The translations under genes were made by a program, and so were the position numbers. DNA of 64,000 nt, taken from NCBI GenBank assembly GCA_036172245.1, contig JAYWIR010000046.1:434001-498000 (forward strand), read 5' to 3'. Positions 38,501-51,000 of the stretch are shown piece by piece (position 1 is the first letter of the stretch; each line of letters begins with the position of its first letter). The stretch is from Raillietiella orientalis (lineage: Eukaryota). Under the pieces are notes generated by a model. That model was not told the DNA's origin, did no database searches, and was given only the letters and a program-made list of their open reading frames with translations.

Positions 38501-41500
38501 ATGCAGTTTAGGAAAACATTTCATTTGCCATTTAAAAAGTTAATTCAGTGGTATCCTGGTCATATGGCCAAAGGTAAGCCCTTGTTACTGTACCTTTTAG
38601 TTTTTTTTCTAAATTTAGGTCTGAAGGATCTGCAGAAGAAACTCAAAAATGTTGATTGTATTCTGGAAATTCATGATGCTAGAATATCCTTTTCAAAAAA
38701 CAGGCACTTACCACATATTAGCTTGGATTAATCATATAAATTTGCATTTGTTAACTCAGATTTTGTTTACAGTGAATATTATCAGTGGAATCTTAACTTT
38801 CTTAAGTACCATTTTCTGGAAGAAATCCAAAATTCAAGGATACCTTACTAGGAATCAAGCCACACATTCTGATTCTTAACAAAGCTGACTTAATAGATTC
38901 ACATCATCAGAATAGGATAAAAGATTTATTAAAGAATGAAGTACAGAATGTGTTTTTTAATTCTTTTCTGGATCCAAGTATTAATTCAATAGATCAGGTT
39001 GAGTATCAATTTTTCCTTAAATCTTTTGCACCCATAGTGAACATAACAAGGTAGAACATTCAGGATTTTTTTAAAACTGTAATTACGCCTTTAGATACTG
39101 GATACTTTGATTCACTGTATGAAACATCAAAATAGGTATAACAGGGTAGCAGCAAGAGATTATACATTCATGATAATTGGTGCACCTAATGTTGGAAAGT
39201 CTACATTTATTAATTCATTTCGAAGTCGATTCCTGAATACTAGTAATGTTAAAGCATGATCATTGAAACAGTGATAATTTTTTTCCCTTCTTTTTTAGAA
39301 GCAGCAGCTGCAGTTGGAAAAATAGCTGGAATCACACGTGCAGTTTCTGAAAAAATAACTGTTTTCAGAGATCCATTGATTTACTTGATGGATTCTCCTG
39401 GAATTTTACATCCCAACATTTCCGATATTGAAACTGGAATGAAGTTGGCTGCATGTTGTAAGTTTAGGAAAAGAAAAATAAACTTACAGATATTTTATAG
39501 TAAAATTGAACTTTATTGATTAGCAATGTTACAGGATCATTTAGTAGGAGAAGAGCTCATAGCGGATTATATTTTATTTTACTTGAATAAGACAGACAAC
39601 TTCAGGTAACTTTATCGAAGATTATAATCTGATTAGTTTCATCAGAACTGCAATAAAATAATTGTTTTTAGTATTATTTCTAAAATTCTTGAAGTTTAAT
39701 GCATTCTTTCATGTTTCTTTAAATGTGAATTTCAAGTTGATGTGTAATTTGAATTAGTATATATATTTCAATATTTTAATTCAGCAATATATTTTCCTTT
39801 ATGGACACATTGTTGTTTAAACATGCCAATTCAAAGAATTGGAGGATGATGAAATTTTCTCAATTAAAAAATTTCATCTTATGCTGTAATTCATCAAATG
39901 AGTATAAATGAGTATTTGAGGATATTGATCCTTCATTATTTACATAGCAGATTCAAATGTTTAATCTTTTAAAATTTCAAAATTTGCTTTCAATACATAC
40001 TGAAGATCTTAGGGCTTATTAATCCTCATCATGACTTCTATGTGCTTAATTCCATTTATGAAACAAAAAAGTATTTATTGAATCAATTAATATAATTTAG
40101 GCAGCAAGTAAGCAGAAATGACTAGTTTTTTTAATTCCTTCGAAATTTCTATGGTTTCATGGTTTTATTGTCATGTTAGTTACCTTAGAGGAAGAACATT
40201 GAACATATGCAATAATACTTTGTTGAACTTTGCTTTGAACACAAATGGATTCTTTGTATTGGAATCAGTTAAAAACAACAAAAGTAAAACATGCATTTTG
40301 TAATGCAAGTGCACTCAGATATTTAGATTAAGCATTCTTGTTATAATATAAAGGTAATGGTAGTCATTGAGATTGCTTAATAGTTGTTTTATAATATCTA
40401 TGAGTGTATAGAGGAAGGAGTTAAGCAGGTTGTTAAGAAAAACTGAACATCAAGAATAAGTAAGAGCACCCAGCAACTCCAAAACAAATGAAATAACATT
40501 ATTTGATTAAATCTGAAAAAGATTAATAATTATAAAAAGAGAATATAGCTACACCATAAAAGGCACATTGCTTAGTTTCTAGCATGTTTAACATTTATTC
40601 AATTGAGACATTGTGAACTGTGAAGGTTTTGAAAACATTCAAACTCGAAATTTGCCTTAGTGTATTTACTGCTTATTAGATAGTGCTTGTATTTAGGAAG
40701 AATTTCTTAGTAGTAGTACTAATTAAAAAGTTGCAGTTTCAAAAGCTTGCTTTGCTTCAGGTAAAGGGTTTGCTTTTGTTGAGAGTGGGAAATAGGTAAT
40801 ATGCTGCCAATTCCTAAAAATAGGATATAACTGAAACATGTATAAATTAAAAAGCAATTTTTGGCATCAAATTTTTTTATCTTCATATTTTTTTTCCATT
40901 TGGTATGAATTTTGATGACAAGGGCATTGATAGCAAAACATAAAATAATGAACACCATATTATGTTTGCGACATTCCAATTGGGTTTGGGCAATGTTAAG
41001 AAATAACTTATTTGAAATATATGTTTCCTTTTGTGTAATATGCAGTTTGATATGTAAGCTTCTCTGTCAAGGAACATTATTTGAACACAGCTTGCTTTTT
41101 ACTATGCTTTTCTGCTTATAAAAGTTTCCTCTTAAATATTTTAGTTATGTGGAGCAGTGGAATCTTCAAAGTCCAACAGATAATATTCAAGAATTGTTAG
41201 TTAGTTATGCTGTTAAATGCAACAAATATAAAAAGATCAAACAACCCGAAGGTGATTACTATTTTAGTTATTTGTGATTTTTTTCTACTTTGTATCTAGG
41301 TAGTGCCCTAATCCCAGATCTTCAATTTGCAGCAATACAATTTCTGAAATGTTTTCGGCAAGGAAACTTTGGCAAGACCATGCTGGACTGGGATGTAGTC
41401 AAAGTAAATGATAATCCTAAATGTAGTACTTGTATGTATTCAGGAATCTTGAATTATAATTTGTTGATTATTCTCGAATCTGTAGAAAAACTGCACCATT

Positions 41501-41535
41501 TTTTTATATATGTAAGTGGAAAAGCAAGAGTGTAG
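38501..41535 (+). CDS. MTG1: Mitochondrial ribosome-associated GTPase 1 (YlqF/RbgA circularly permuted GTPase), 8 exons, ~350 aa
   Basis: Exons 38501-38573, 38619-38683, 38806-38997, 39095-39242, 39299-39457, 39524-39605, 41145-41251, 41300-~41535. Motifs [31 protein letters not shown] (G4), [14 protein letters not shown] (G1), AGITRAV (G2), LMDSPGI (G3), [24 protein letters not shown]. The extreme C-terminus is uncertain (possible donor at ~41432). Confidence 0.95.
38684..38805 (+). other. U12-type (minor spliceosome) intron with AT-AA termini in MTG1
   Basis: 5' site ATATCCTTT is a perfect U12 consensus. Branch-like TCTTAAC lies at 38791-38797. Only an acceptor ending ...cttAA (38805) restores [11 protein letters not shown]; the nearby AG and AC both give a frameshift. 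Confidence 0.8.
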
Positions 41536-41870
41536 AGATGAGGAAAATTTGAGAGCTTCACCATTACACATCATAGAAAGTACCTGTCCCACATGAAATC
41601 TGGAAAAATTTATAATTGTTCATCAAGAACAGACATAAAGTGTATTAATCTTTCTGAACACTTTTACTTTTTGAATTGGACTTTGATCCACTTCATTGAC
41701 AAGATGCACTTTGTGGATTTGAGTACTTCACTTACATCCTGTCAGTTATGAATTACAATTGATCATTTCACTATGTTGCTCAGAAATTGATAGCATTTTA
41801 ATAACGTGATAAGATTTGATCTTTGTTTTATGAAAGTTGGTGTTCAAAGCATGAATATAAAAAACTAACC

Positions 41871-44800
41871 TAGGGATTTTAATACCAGGAATCACATGGG
41901 AAGCTCCACTGAAATTTCTTGGGAAAGTTTGAAGACTTATGTTTTAACAATCTTGAGTGTGTACAGAATTCTTTTAATATTGGTATAACAAATCTTCGAT
42001 TTTCAATCTTAGGCCAAGATACAGATTTCCAATAGATGTTCAAAGAGAAAGGTCACAAACTTTTGAATCCCATTGTAAGTAGAGTATCCAGAAATCTGCA
42101 AGCAACAAACCAGCAATCCAAGAGCTCATTCATAATCTATCGATTCTCGATGAACTTTTGCTGTCTGGGTCTTAACTGGGTTTAACATATCTAGTAAGGC
42201 TGAAATGCTGGAATAGATCATGCAAAAGAGTAGACTGCATTCGAGTCTTGATGTAGAACCATAACTCAGAGCACAATGCTTAAAATAATACCTAGGGTGG
42301 CTACTTTTGAGGAAGCTAATCAAAACCATATAACTTACTAATACGTTACTCCAAACCTTTTGAAATACGCATTTTTTAAATTAGCTTCGTTTGCATTATA
42401 TTGTCCACAAAATGATTAAAACCATTGAGATTTTGCTTTTATTTTCTTAAGCATAGTGAAACATGAAGATGCAATTGTCGAAAGGGTTCTTACCAAACTT
42501 CTAAAGGATGTTTCCAGCTGGTATTCCGTTTTGACTTGAAAGCTGTTCGCTTCTCTTGTAATGCTATTATTGACTACTCAGCATTTAATTGAAAGTATTT
42601 TGAACATCAAAAAGAGCTCTACAACAAATAATTTATGTGGATAGTGTTGATCATCAGCTGCTTTGGAAGTATGTATTCTATACATCCGTATGCTTAACTT
42701 ACTTCAAGTATTACATTAAAAGAATTTACTAGCATTCATAGGCAGAATTCTGAATAGCAACTTTCACACATATAAAGCACGTACATGCCATGGATGTACG
42801 TCAATAGATATTTCATTTTCGTGCAAGGTGGTAATTCGAGGCGAAAGTGCACATATTCGAACGCAAGGATGAGAACTTTGGACGTAAGCAACTCACGGCT
42901 GGCAATGTCGCAGTTAAATCTCATAGTGCCAATTCCAAGAAGTGTGATCCATATTTCGTTCTTGTAGTTAAGAGGATTTGAATTGGAAGTAAAGCAATCG
43001 ATCTATGTAGTGGGATTTACATAAAGGAATAGGATATTTCATAAAATAATAGGTTACTGTAGTATTTTTTTTATCCTCGTCGACATGAATTGTTTTTGTT
43101 TGACTTGACATATTTTTGATATCAATCATGCTTACTGATCTTGGTTCCCTCGACTGTTGGAGAGTCACCTTCTTTCATGAGACACCTTCTTCCCTGTATT
43201 TTGGTCAAATTACTAAAAAGACTTGAAATTAAAAAAATCAAAATACTTTAAAACCGAAGTTCGGATTTTCCACATCAATCCTTATAAATAATTCTAGTTT
43301 GTGTTTCTCTATAGCTTTTTCTCTTAAAAACATATAGATTTGAAATGGATTATTCTAACAGTGCTACAATGTCCAAAGTTGTCTGTTAGAAGTTCATGTC
43401 ATTGTTTGACAAGAAACTCTTACAATTGTAGTCCTTCTAACGTCTTGAATGAGAAGCCAGTATATCTGCAAAAACTTCAGATTTGTTATTTTGAGATTAG
43501 GGTACTGTCTTCAGAGGGAGGACTCATGAGATTTGTGTATTTTGGTGTGATTCTGAATCCAATCTGCATCCTTGAAGCTTTTCCCTCAGTTCATTCAAAG
43601 CTTCTCTTCTCTCCTTTCCACGTGTTCCTAAATTGATCGGTCATTTACCTAAAGTGATAATTGATCAATATAAAGCTAATGTCGTGAATGTATTAAGTGT
43701 TGTGAAATCAGTCTTCAGCATCACATTTTTTTTTAATAAGAGGCTAGCCGTATATGTGCAGCGACTGTTTCACAAGTGGCTCGAAACATCAAACGTGTTT
43801 TTGCAGCATACCACTACTTGGGTATTATTATCAGAATCCGTACAAAATAAGCAAACTGCTATCTTTTTCGTGCAACATTAGGATGGTCCTAAACAGGCAT
43901 CAGATTTTTAATTATCTTCAATGAAACCATAGATGTGTATTGATAGCATGAATCTTTGGATTTTTATACCAAAAAGGGGGGAAAAAAGTAACCTTAATCT
44001 AAGCAGAACTTTCAGTTCATCTTATGAACTTTTGCTAATCACCTTTCCCTATTGAATAATAAAAATCTGAACTCGATCCAGATGGTAAGAGATAATTAAA
44101 CTTATATGTTATACACGTTGCTAGACCTAAATTTACTCTCCAGATAAAGAAATTTTTAAAACTCTCAGGTTTTCAGTTGTATCTAATTTATATCTGTTCT
44201 TCCGTGAAGCTTTAACTGATTGTTATTTGCTTGTAAGTGTTACTTGTTTCTTTCAAACTGTATCACATCGAGATCTCCCCTTGCAATTATTTTTCTCATC
44301 TGAATTTCAATTCATTCTTAATGAATTCTCAATGAGTTCCAAGTCCAATCTGGATTAAAGTCACACATTGTAATCGTCACGAATTCTTCGTAAGAGGTTC
44401 ATTACGTTTTTTGCCATGATTTTCCGAGGCCGATAGCTTGTAGATAGGCCAAGAACTTAAAGTCTTAAGAATTTAATTCTTGAAAACAGTACTTGCTTTA
44501 TGAGAAATTTTCAGTCATTCTCGGTTGCATCTATTGAAAAGATAACTTCCTTATAATGTTCTATATCAGGACTAGATAGATTGCTGCTCCCAATATAGAG
44601 AACTCTAATAAATGACTAGTTTCATCCTTACCCTTCGCACTGGCGAATGAAAAGTATGATACTGAAGTTTCATAAGATAATGTGATACACCTTCATGTGC
44701 ATCTGGGATTTTTGTCTAAAGAGGCAATATATATATATGAATGTTTTTATGGTTACAGGAAGTGATGCATCAAGTGCTTTAACTCTGCAGTACATAGGCC

Positions 44801-45230
44801 ATATTAGATTATTGTGCAAGACTCCTGAATGCTTTCCCAGGCATATGCTTTCGCATTTAATATTTCAGTTGTCCTGTGTATGTACTCTCCTCGTATTATA
44901 TTTATGAGCGTATGTGAGTAAAATTGTATTTGTTCATGTTTCCAATTCCTCAACTTGATGCCTTTTACTTTTTCCTGTTCACCTTGAAAGTTACAACCGA
45001 ATGCGTTGGCTCATAGAAGATTGCCGACGTCCTCAGGTTAGGCACTCCTTTCACGAGCCTGATGAATCTTCAGCAAAAATTAAGCGAATTGGCCATACGA
45101 AATCCATAGCGTAATAATCAAACTCTTCAAAACTGGAACTCATTTTACTGTCAGGTATTTTCCTTCTTGTGCTTTCAAATCCTTGTTTGTCCATGTTTGC
45201 AAACAGAGCGAATGTCCGTTACTTACGCTT
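41871..45230 (-). pseudogene. Decayed multi-exon gene remnant, product unidentified
   Basis: Splice-bounded frames with scattered stops: 41871-42291 (ag|YYFKHCAL...DYE*ALGLLVCCLQ...FLFEHLLEICILA*...LKSL|gttagt), ~42494-42677 (HKLFVVELFLMFKILSIKC*...SFRSL|gtaaga), ~42785-42960, ~43424-43627 (ERREALNELREKLQG...), ~44260-44437 (IMAKNVMNLLRRIRDDY). Confidence 0.4.
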
Positions 45231-48037
45231 CCATTATCCATAAATTGAATATTAGATCCAGTATAATTTATAATCATGATTAACATGGAGTGTAGGACAG
45301 AATATGAGACCTTACATTATATATATGACGGACTGAATAACTATATGTGCCTACTGTTTCATGATACACTTATATATCTATTCATATTATTGTGTTCTTC
45401 ACTTTATTTAAATTTGTGAAATAGGATTTTGTAATTCTCGCAACTTACATGGACAGATAAAATAAATATGAAATGTGCAAATTACACGTGATGATTCATT
45501 ATTTTCTTCCTGGTATTTGAGTAGAAACTCACTCTTGTGGATGCTTTTTTGCTTACGGAAACTATCAGTTTTTCCTTTGAGAAAACACAGCCATAATTAA
45601 AAACGCAAAAATGTCAGTACAAGACAAAATAATTTAAAACCATAATTTTCCAGCTATTATTTATTAGCAATGAAACTTTAACAATGATTACAAATCATAA
45701 TCGTAAGTGGTATACTAAAAATATTGTTTACATATATGCACATGGCATTTTCTCTATCTAGTTTCTTCACAATACGAATTTTTTTCCTACTAGAAAAATT
45801 TCTTATTGCTTCTCTAATCTCTGCAAAAATTATGAAACAAAATCTAAAGATGACTGATGTTATGTTAAACTTGCAATGGAGACCTGAAACTAATTCATGA
45901 AACTTAATGATCATTCATAAAACTAATCTGTGATTTAATGGTTTAAAATTTATTATCATCATTATTATTCGGGACGACTTGTGGAGTTGCAGACTTCAGT
46001 TCTGAGTAAAGGGTACCAACTTCATGTTTTCTTTCTTTTTTTAATCAATTAGTAAATCTAACCTTTCAGTATAGACGTGTATAGAAAATGTATCGATACT
46101 TACTTACTAGGTAAGCGCTTCATTTTCTTAAGCAGAAATGCAATTTCTTCATTTTTTTTATTTTTTGTCTCATTTTAATTCCTTAGTTCAGTTATTAGAA
46201 AACAGAGTCGAATAATAGTAAGAAACAGAGCGAATGAGTCGTATGAATCCATCTTTGACACTGGTATTTGATTTTCCCTAATTCTCCTACGTTAGGAGAT
46301 TATATTTCTCGATTTCAATGGTATGTGACTGTATTTAGAACATTATCTGGTATTTACAGCATTGACATCAGATGCAATGGGAAACAGTTCTTTTGTCATC
46401 CCTTCTCTTAAATCCATGGTTTAGAGTTGAACGACTGGCATTTGCTTCTCGGGGATTCCTGCAGATCCATGGTTATTGCATTAAAATGGCATTTGATTTC
46501 ATTTCGTTGCTTTCGTAAACAATGCTTCTTGTTTCTGCATTGTTACAAATTTTCTTTCTTATCATTGGTTTTCTTTGTCAGTTTTACCGGATTTGTCAGT
46601 TTTGTCAGTTTCCCTAAACGCTGGAAGAGTAAAGTTCTATGGATCGCAGAAGTGCGAAATTTCTTTGCTGCTGAACAAGTTGAACCAGAGAACCACAAAC
46701 AGAAGTTTAATGAACATCTGCGTTTTCGATGATCCAGTTTCGCGAATCGCTCACTTTTTTGGCTTACTACTCGCGTGCATTTTACTCCCAAATGTTTCCT
46801 TTATTCCTCACGTTTTCAACGGGCTCCAGACAACAAACAAACATGATCTAATTTCTCTTGCTGGTGTTAGGAGTCAGGTTTGAGCTGATTCTTCTCGTGC
46901 GTACTCTAGGGAGTCTGTTTAGGTCTCCTGAAAATCAGTATCTGATGGTGTTTGTCATTTCTAAGTTCACAGTGTGACAAAAGGAAAGGGACGATATATC
47001 CAGGATGGCAGCCGTAAATCAGAATTGTCCAAATTTGATTGAAAACATTGTTCAATATTTTACTAATTCTTTTTGAATACATTCAGAAAAGTGGATTAAT
47101 ATGGATTTTGTCGCTTTATCAGTCTAGTAAGATAACGTCAGTCTAGAAATGCTTATACGATTATTGTGTCATAGGCAAATTATTTTAAAATAAGAAACGA
47201 AGTGGTTCAACTGCCGTTTTGACCGAACGAATCTTGTCTCGCGAGTCTTACAAAAGATTAATCTTGGGTGCGAAATAAGAAAATCACGGTTATAGCGAAA
47301 TAATAAATCACGGTTGTCCTTGGATCTGATGGATGGCATCTGATGTATTTGAAAAACTTCTCTCTGAACCTAAGTTCTCGTCACTCTTAACGATAAAACT
47401 AGCAGTATGGTAAACTAGATTTATAGGGATCATATCAAGTAGTTAAGATAATGCAGGTCCATTCATGCATTATTAATATATCTTTCAGCTGTCGAGAATA
47501 GCTGCTGCAAATCTAAACATATAAATCTAAAATATTGTTCTGTTTCATAGATAAGAGGTATAGTGTTCGCACACGGTGTTTAGATGGTACATAGCCACAT
47601 CACAAATTTTGTTATTCAAGTGGAATTAGATGGAGTACTGTGAACGTGAGAGTTGAGCTAAAATTTTGTCTCTTCTTTCCAGAATGTAATGAAAAAGCAG
47701 AAAACCTCCCCTCAAAGAACTTCTTCCTTCCACGAAGTGTTAGAGGCCGCAGATTTTTTATTTTGAGCATAGGAAGCATCTTCATTAAATCCGATTACAA
47801 GACGCTTATTAGAATGGTGTATTATTCAGTATTGATATTCTGCGAGGACAACCAACTTTCCGAGTCAACAAATGACCAATGAACCATTTTGCATACTAGA
47901 TAAGTGTTTCATAACACATACAAGCCAAGAATCCCATGAAAGCATCAGGAGTTTGCTAAAGTTGTCTCCAGCAAAAAGCAGAAAATCAGTTCTGTCTAGT
48001 AAGGGAAGTGCTACTTGGAAGACGCTAAGCTGCGCAA

Positions 48038-51000
48038 ATGGCCAACCTGGAATATCTAAAACGCGCAGTTAAACTTCATACTAGAGCTATTCTGATCATT
48101 GGGCTTCCTCTTGTGGTGGTCCCTTTCCTAGTCACTGCGAAAACTAAGGTAAAGTTCATTTAAACTCTTCATTTGGGCCTCTTCTGTACAAGCGGGGAAA
48201 AGGGACAGAGGAGTTAGATCTAGTTCGAAAAAGTGGTAGCTTCTTGCTGTAAATCGAATTCTCATGTGCTTCCTCGTAGGCATTATTTATTTTAGAATGT
48301 TTTAGGAGGACTTTTAATTTATTGTCCTGGCTCTGTACTATCTTCTTCCTATGACATAAGTGAGAAAAATTCTTCGTAACATCAATGGGTGGCTGGATCT
48401 GTACTGAAGAAGAAAAAGAATAAAACCTCTTATTTTATATGATTTTCTTACTGGAAATTTCAATTTTTGGATAATCTCTATTCAAAAATAGCCCGTTTAA
48501 TAAAAAATCTTTTTCTATGGTGGGCAGATTCTTCAGGATGCGGAAGAGTGAAAATATCGCTGCTTCGTTTTGGATTATGCTTCCGGAATGTCCCAGCACT
48601 CACTGAAACCTTTCCTCAAATATTGCTAGACTAGAAATCACTTCGAATGTCTAGGCAGTATACTTATTATGCCACTGTTTATTGTGCACAATCCATTAAA
48701 TGTGTCTGAATTTAGAAGCTCAGTAGTATGCCCAGTAACTAAGCATGCCCCATGCTTAACTCCATGCTCCACATGAATTTCCTTTATCTTGAAATGAAAT
48801 TTTCAGTCATTTTATAAGCGGGAGAACATATTTGGAATTTTTTTTTTTTTTGTGCGTGTGTGTGTGTGATAAAACCGTTCATCGTTGCAGGAAACTTTTT
48901 CTACAGTTTGATTTGCCGGTTGTATGCTTTTGTGCCTCGCACATTTTCTCAGCCTTTTCAGAGGGAAGTTGGCAGTACAGAATTGGGTTTTCAAAACCTT
49001 CTGGTTACGTATTCGTACAGAACCGAACGGAGACAACGTCGCTCTATGTGCGGACATCTGTTCTCAGGACGTCACGCTCTTCTTCTTCCTCTTCTTTTTT
49101 TTTTCCGTTGCATTGCATTCAGATGAATGTGTGTACAGGTTTCCACAGGTTCTGCAGGAACTCCTGATGAAAAACGTGAACTTCAAATTATGGCAAGACA
49201 AGTTTGTTCCTTTAACTGAGGGAAAGACATAGAGGATTGTAAACTACCTTTCAGTTATTGTGCAGTTATGTTTTGCAATCTCAATGAGAAGCATAAGATT
49301 AAGACGGGCACAGAAAAATGATGCTTATGCGCATTTCTTGTCTTGGAAAGGACAGTATTGTTAATCGGATGAAATTTTTTCCCAATTCCTACTTTTGTAG
49401 CATAAACAATTTTTGCTTTCCACCATCAACCCTTCTGATGGAAAAGAGTAGATTTATGAATTCTTCATATTTATCTGGGAGCTCAGTATACATAACGAAT
49501 GTTTGTTACGAGTTACGTGCAATAATAGAACGGACAGAGGAAACGTATTAGTAATCAAAACTCTGCTTAACTGGATACGCAAAGTTTTGTTTATAAACTT
49601 TCCTGCAACCTCCACCTCTCCCCCATAGTGCAATGTACCATTACTTTGGCTATATCTTTTACAAAGAATGGATTGCTTTCCTGAATTACACGTTTGTTCT
49701 GAAGGCGAATGTAGTGAAAGATAAAATGGCGTGATGAGCGATGGAAAATATGGGCGTTGCTTATGAATTACAGTATTGTTCTTTGGTGTTCCGTTTTAAA
49801 GCATAAATTTCGAAAAATGAAAACATATCCTGAACCACACTGCATGAGTGATTTCATTCAAAGATGCAGCCTCTATATGGAAGCATAAATTCACATTCCT
49901 CAATCTCTTCCTCTCTCCTCGAAGTTTTTGCTCTGTTCTGCATACTTTGGCTGCTTGAAGACAGAAAAATTCTGTTTACAGTAAAGCAGCAGATCAATTT
50001 CGTATTACATTAACTACTCCATCCTGGAGGTCCGCTTGCGTAAAATGAATTCCTAGGAAATGTTTTTTCAGATACACGCAGAGAGAAACCCACAGTCCGG
50101 CAAAGCAAGACTCTGCCGCATTCTTAGAGGGCTTTTGGAGCTGCGGCATTTGTTTTGCTTCAGTCCCAGTGTCCCCCTTTTCGAATACATTCAGAAGTGT
50201 GTTAAGTAGGTGAGGTCACTGATGATAGTAACACATCGAAGAAGGATCCTTGGGAAAATTAATGGAATAAAAAGATAAATAGTTGAAATGGAACCAATCA
50301 CAATCGAAATTTTCCTACGTGAACTCTGTCGCTACCCAACCATTTAAAGTTTTCGGAAGTATGAAGTTTGTCTTTCCTTAAAAAGCTTCAGACACATGCC
50401 GAAATAAAAAGAGTTGATTCTTTCTACTCGATCATAAAAAACAAAGGAATTATTAAGTAAGGAATTCCAAGTAGTGCAAACAGCAATGGAAAAAAATATG
50501 TCACGTTCACCTTGTTTCGACTGAGACGAATCAGAAAGTACTTTTGTTAAACACCAGAAATAGAAAACACATAATGACAAAGTTTGATTTATTGCCTACC
50601 TCATTGACTCGCTTGCTCCGTGATCTACAGATTTGCCTGCGACTCCTGGCAAGTGGTCATAAATGTTTTTCATCCCTGAATAGTCCAACTTCTCCCATCA
50701 TCAACTTTTGGTTCGTACGTGAGATACCTACTCCTAATTGAGGAGGCTCCTAGCCCCGCATTTCTGTTCTATTTGTGTTTCATTTAGAGGTCCCCCGCCC
50801 CTCCTCTTCTGATTCCAGAATTAGGAGTCAAAACATCAGAATGAGTTAAGAGTACATTAGACGATCAAGAATCGACTGACATTTGGTCAGCTGCATCTTT
50901 GTGAGCATTTCTAGCTGTGAGAACTTTCAATAGAAATAGCTTGGCCTATCGAAAAAAGCAGTCTTCCCTCCTCTTATGATATAAATATGGTTGCATCACT

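Noticed and set aside
38684..38731. MTG1 exon 2 continuing as [10 protein letters not shown]
   Set aside because: It hits a stop, and the true PFSGRNP is intact downstream; the sequence is the U12 donor.
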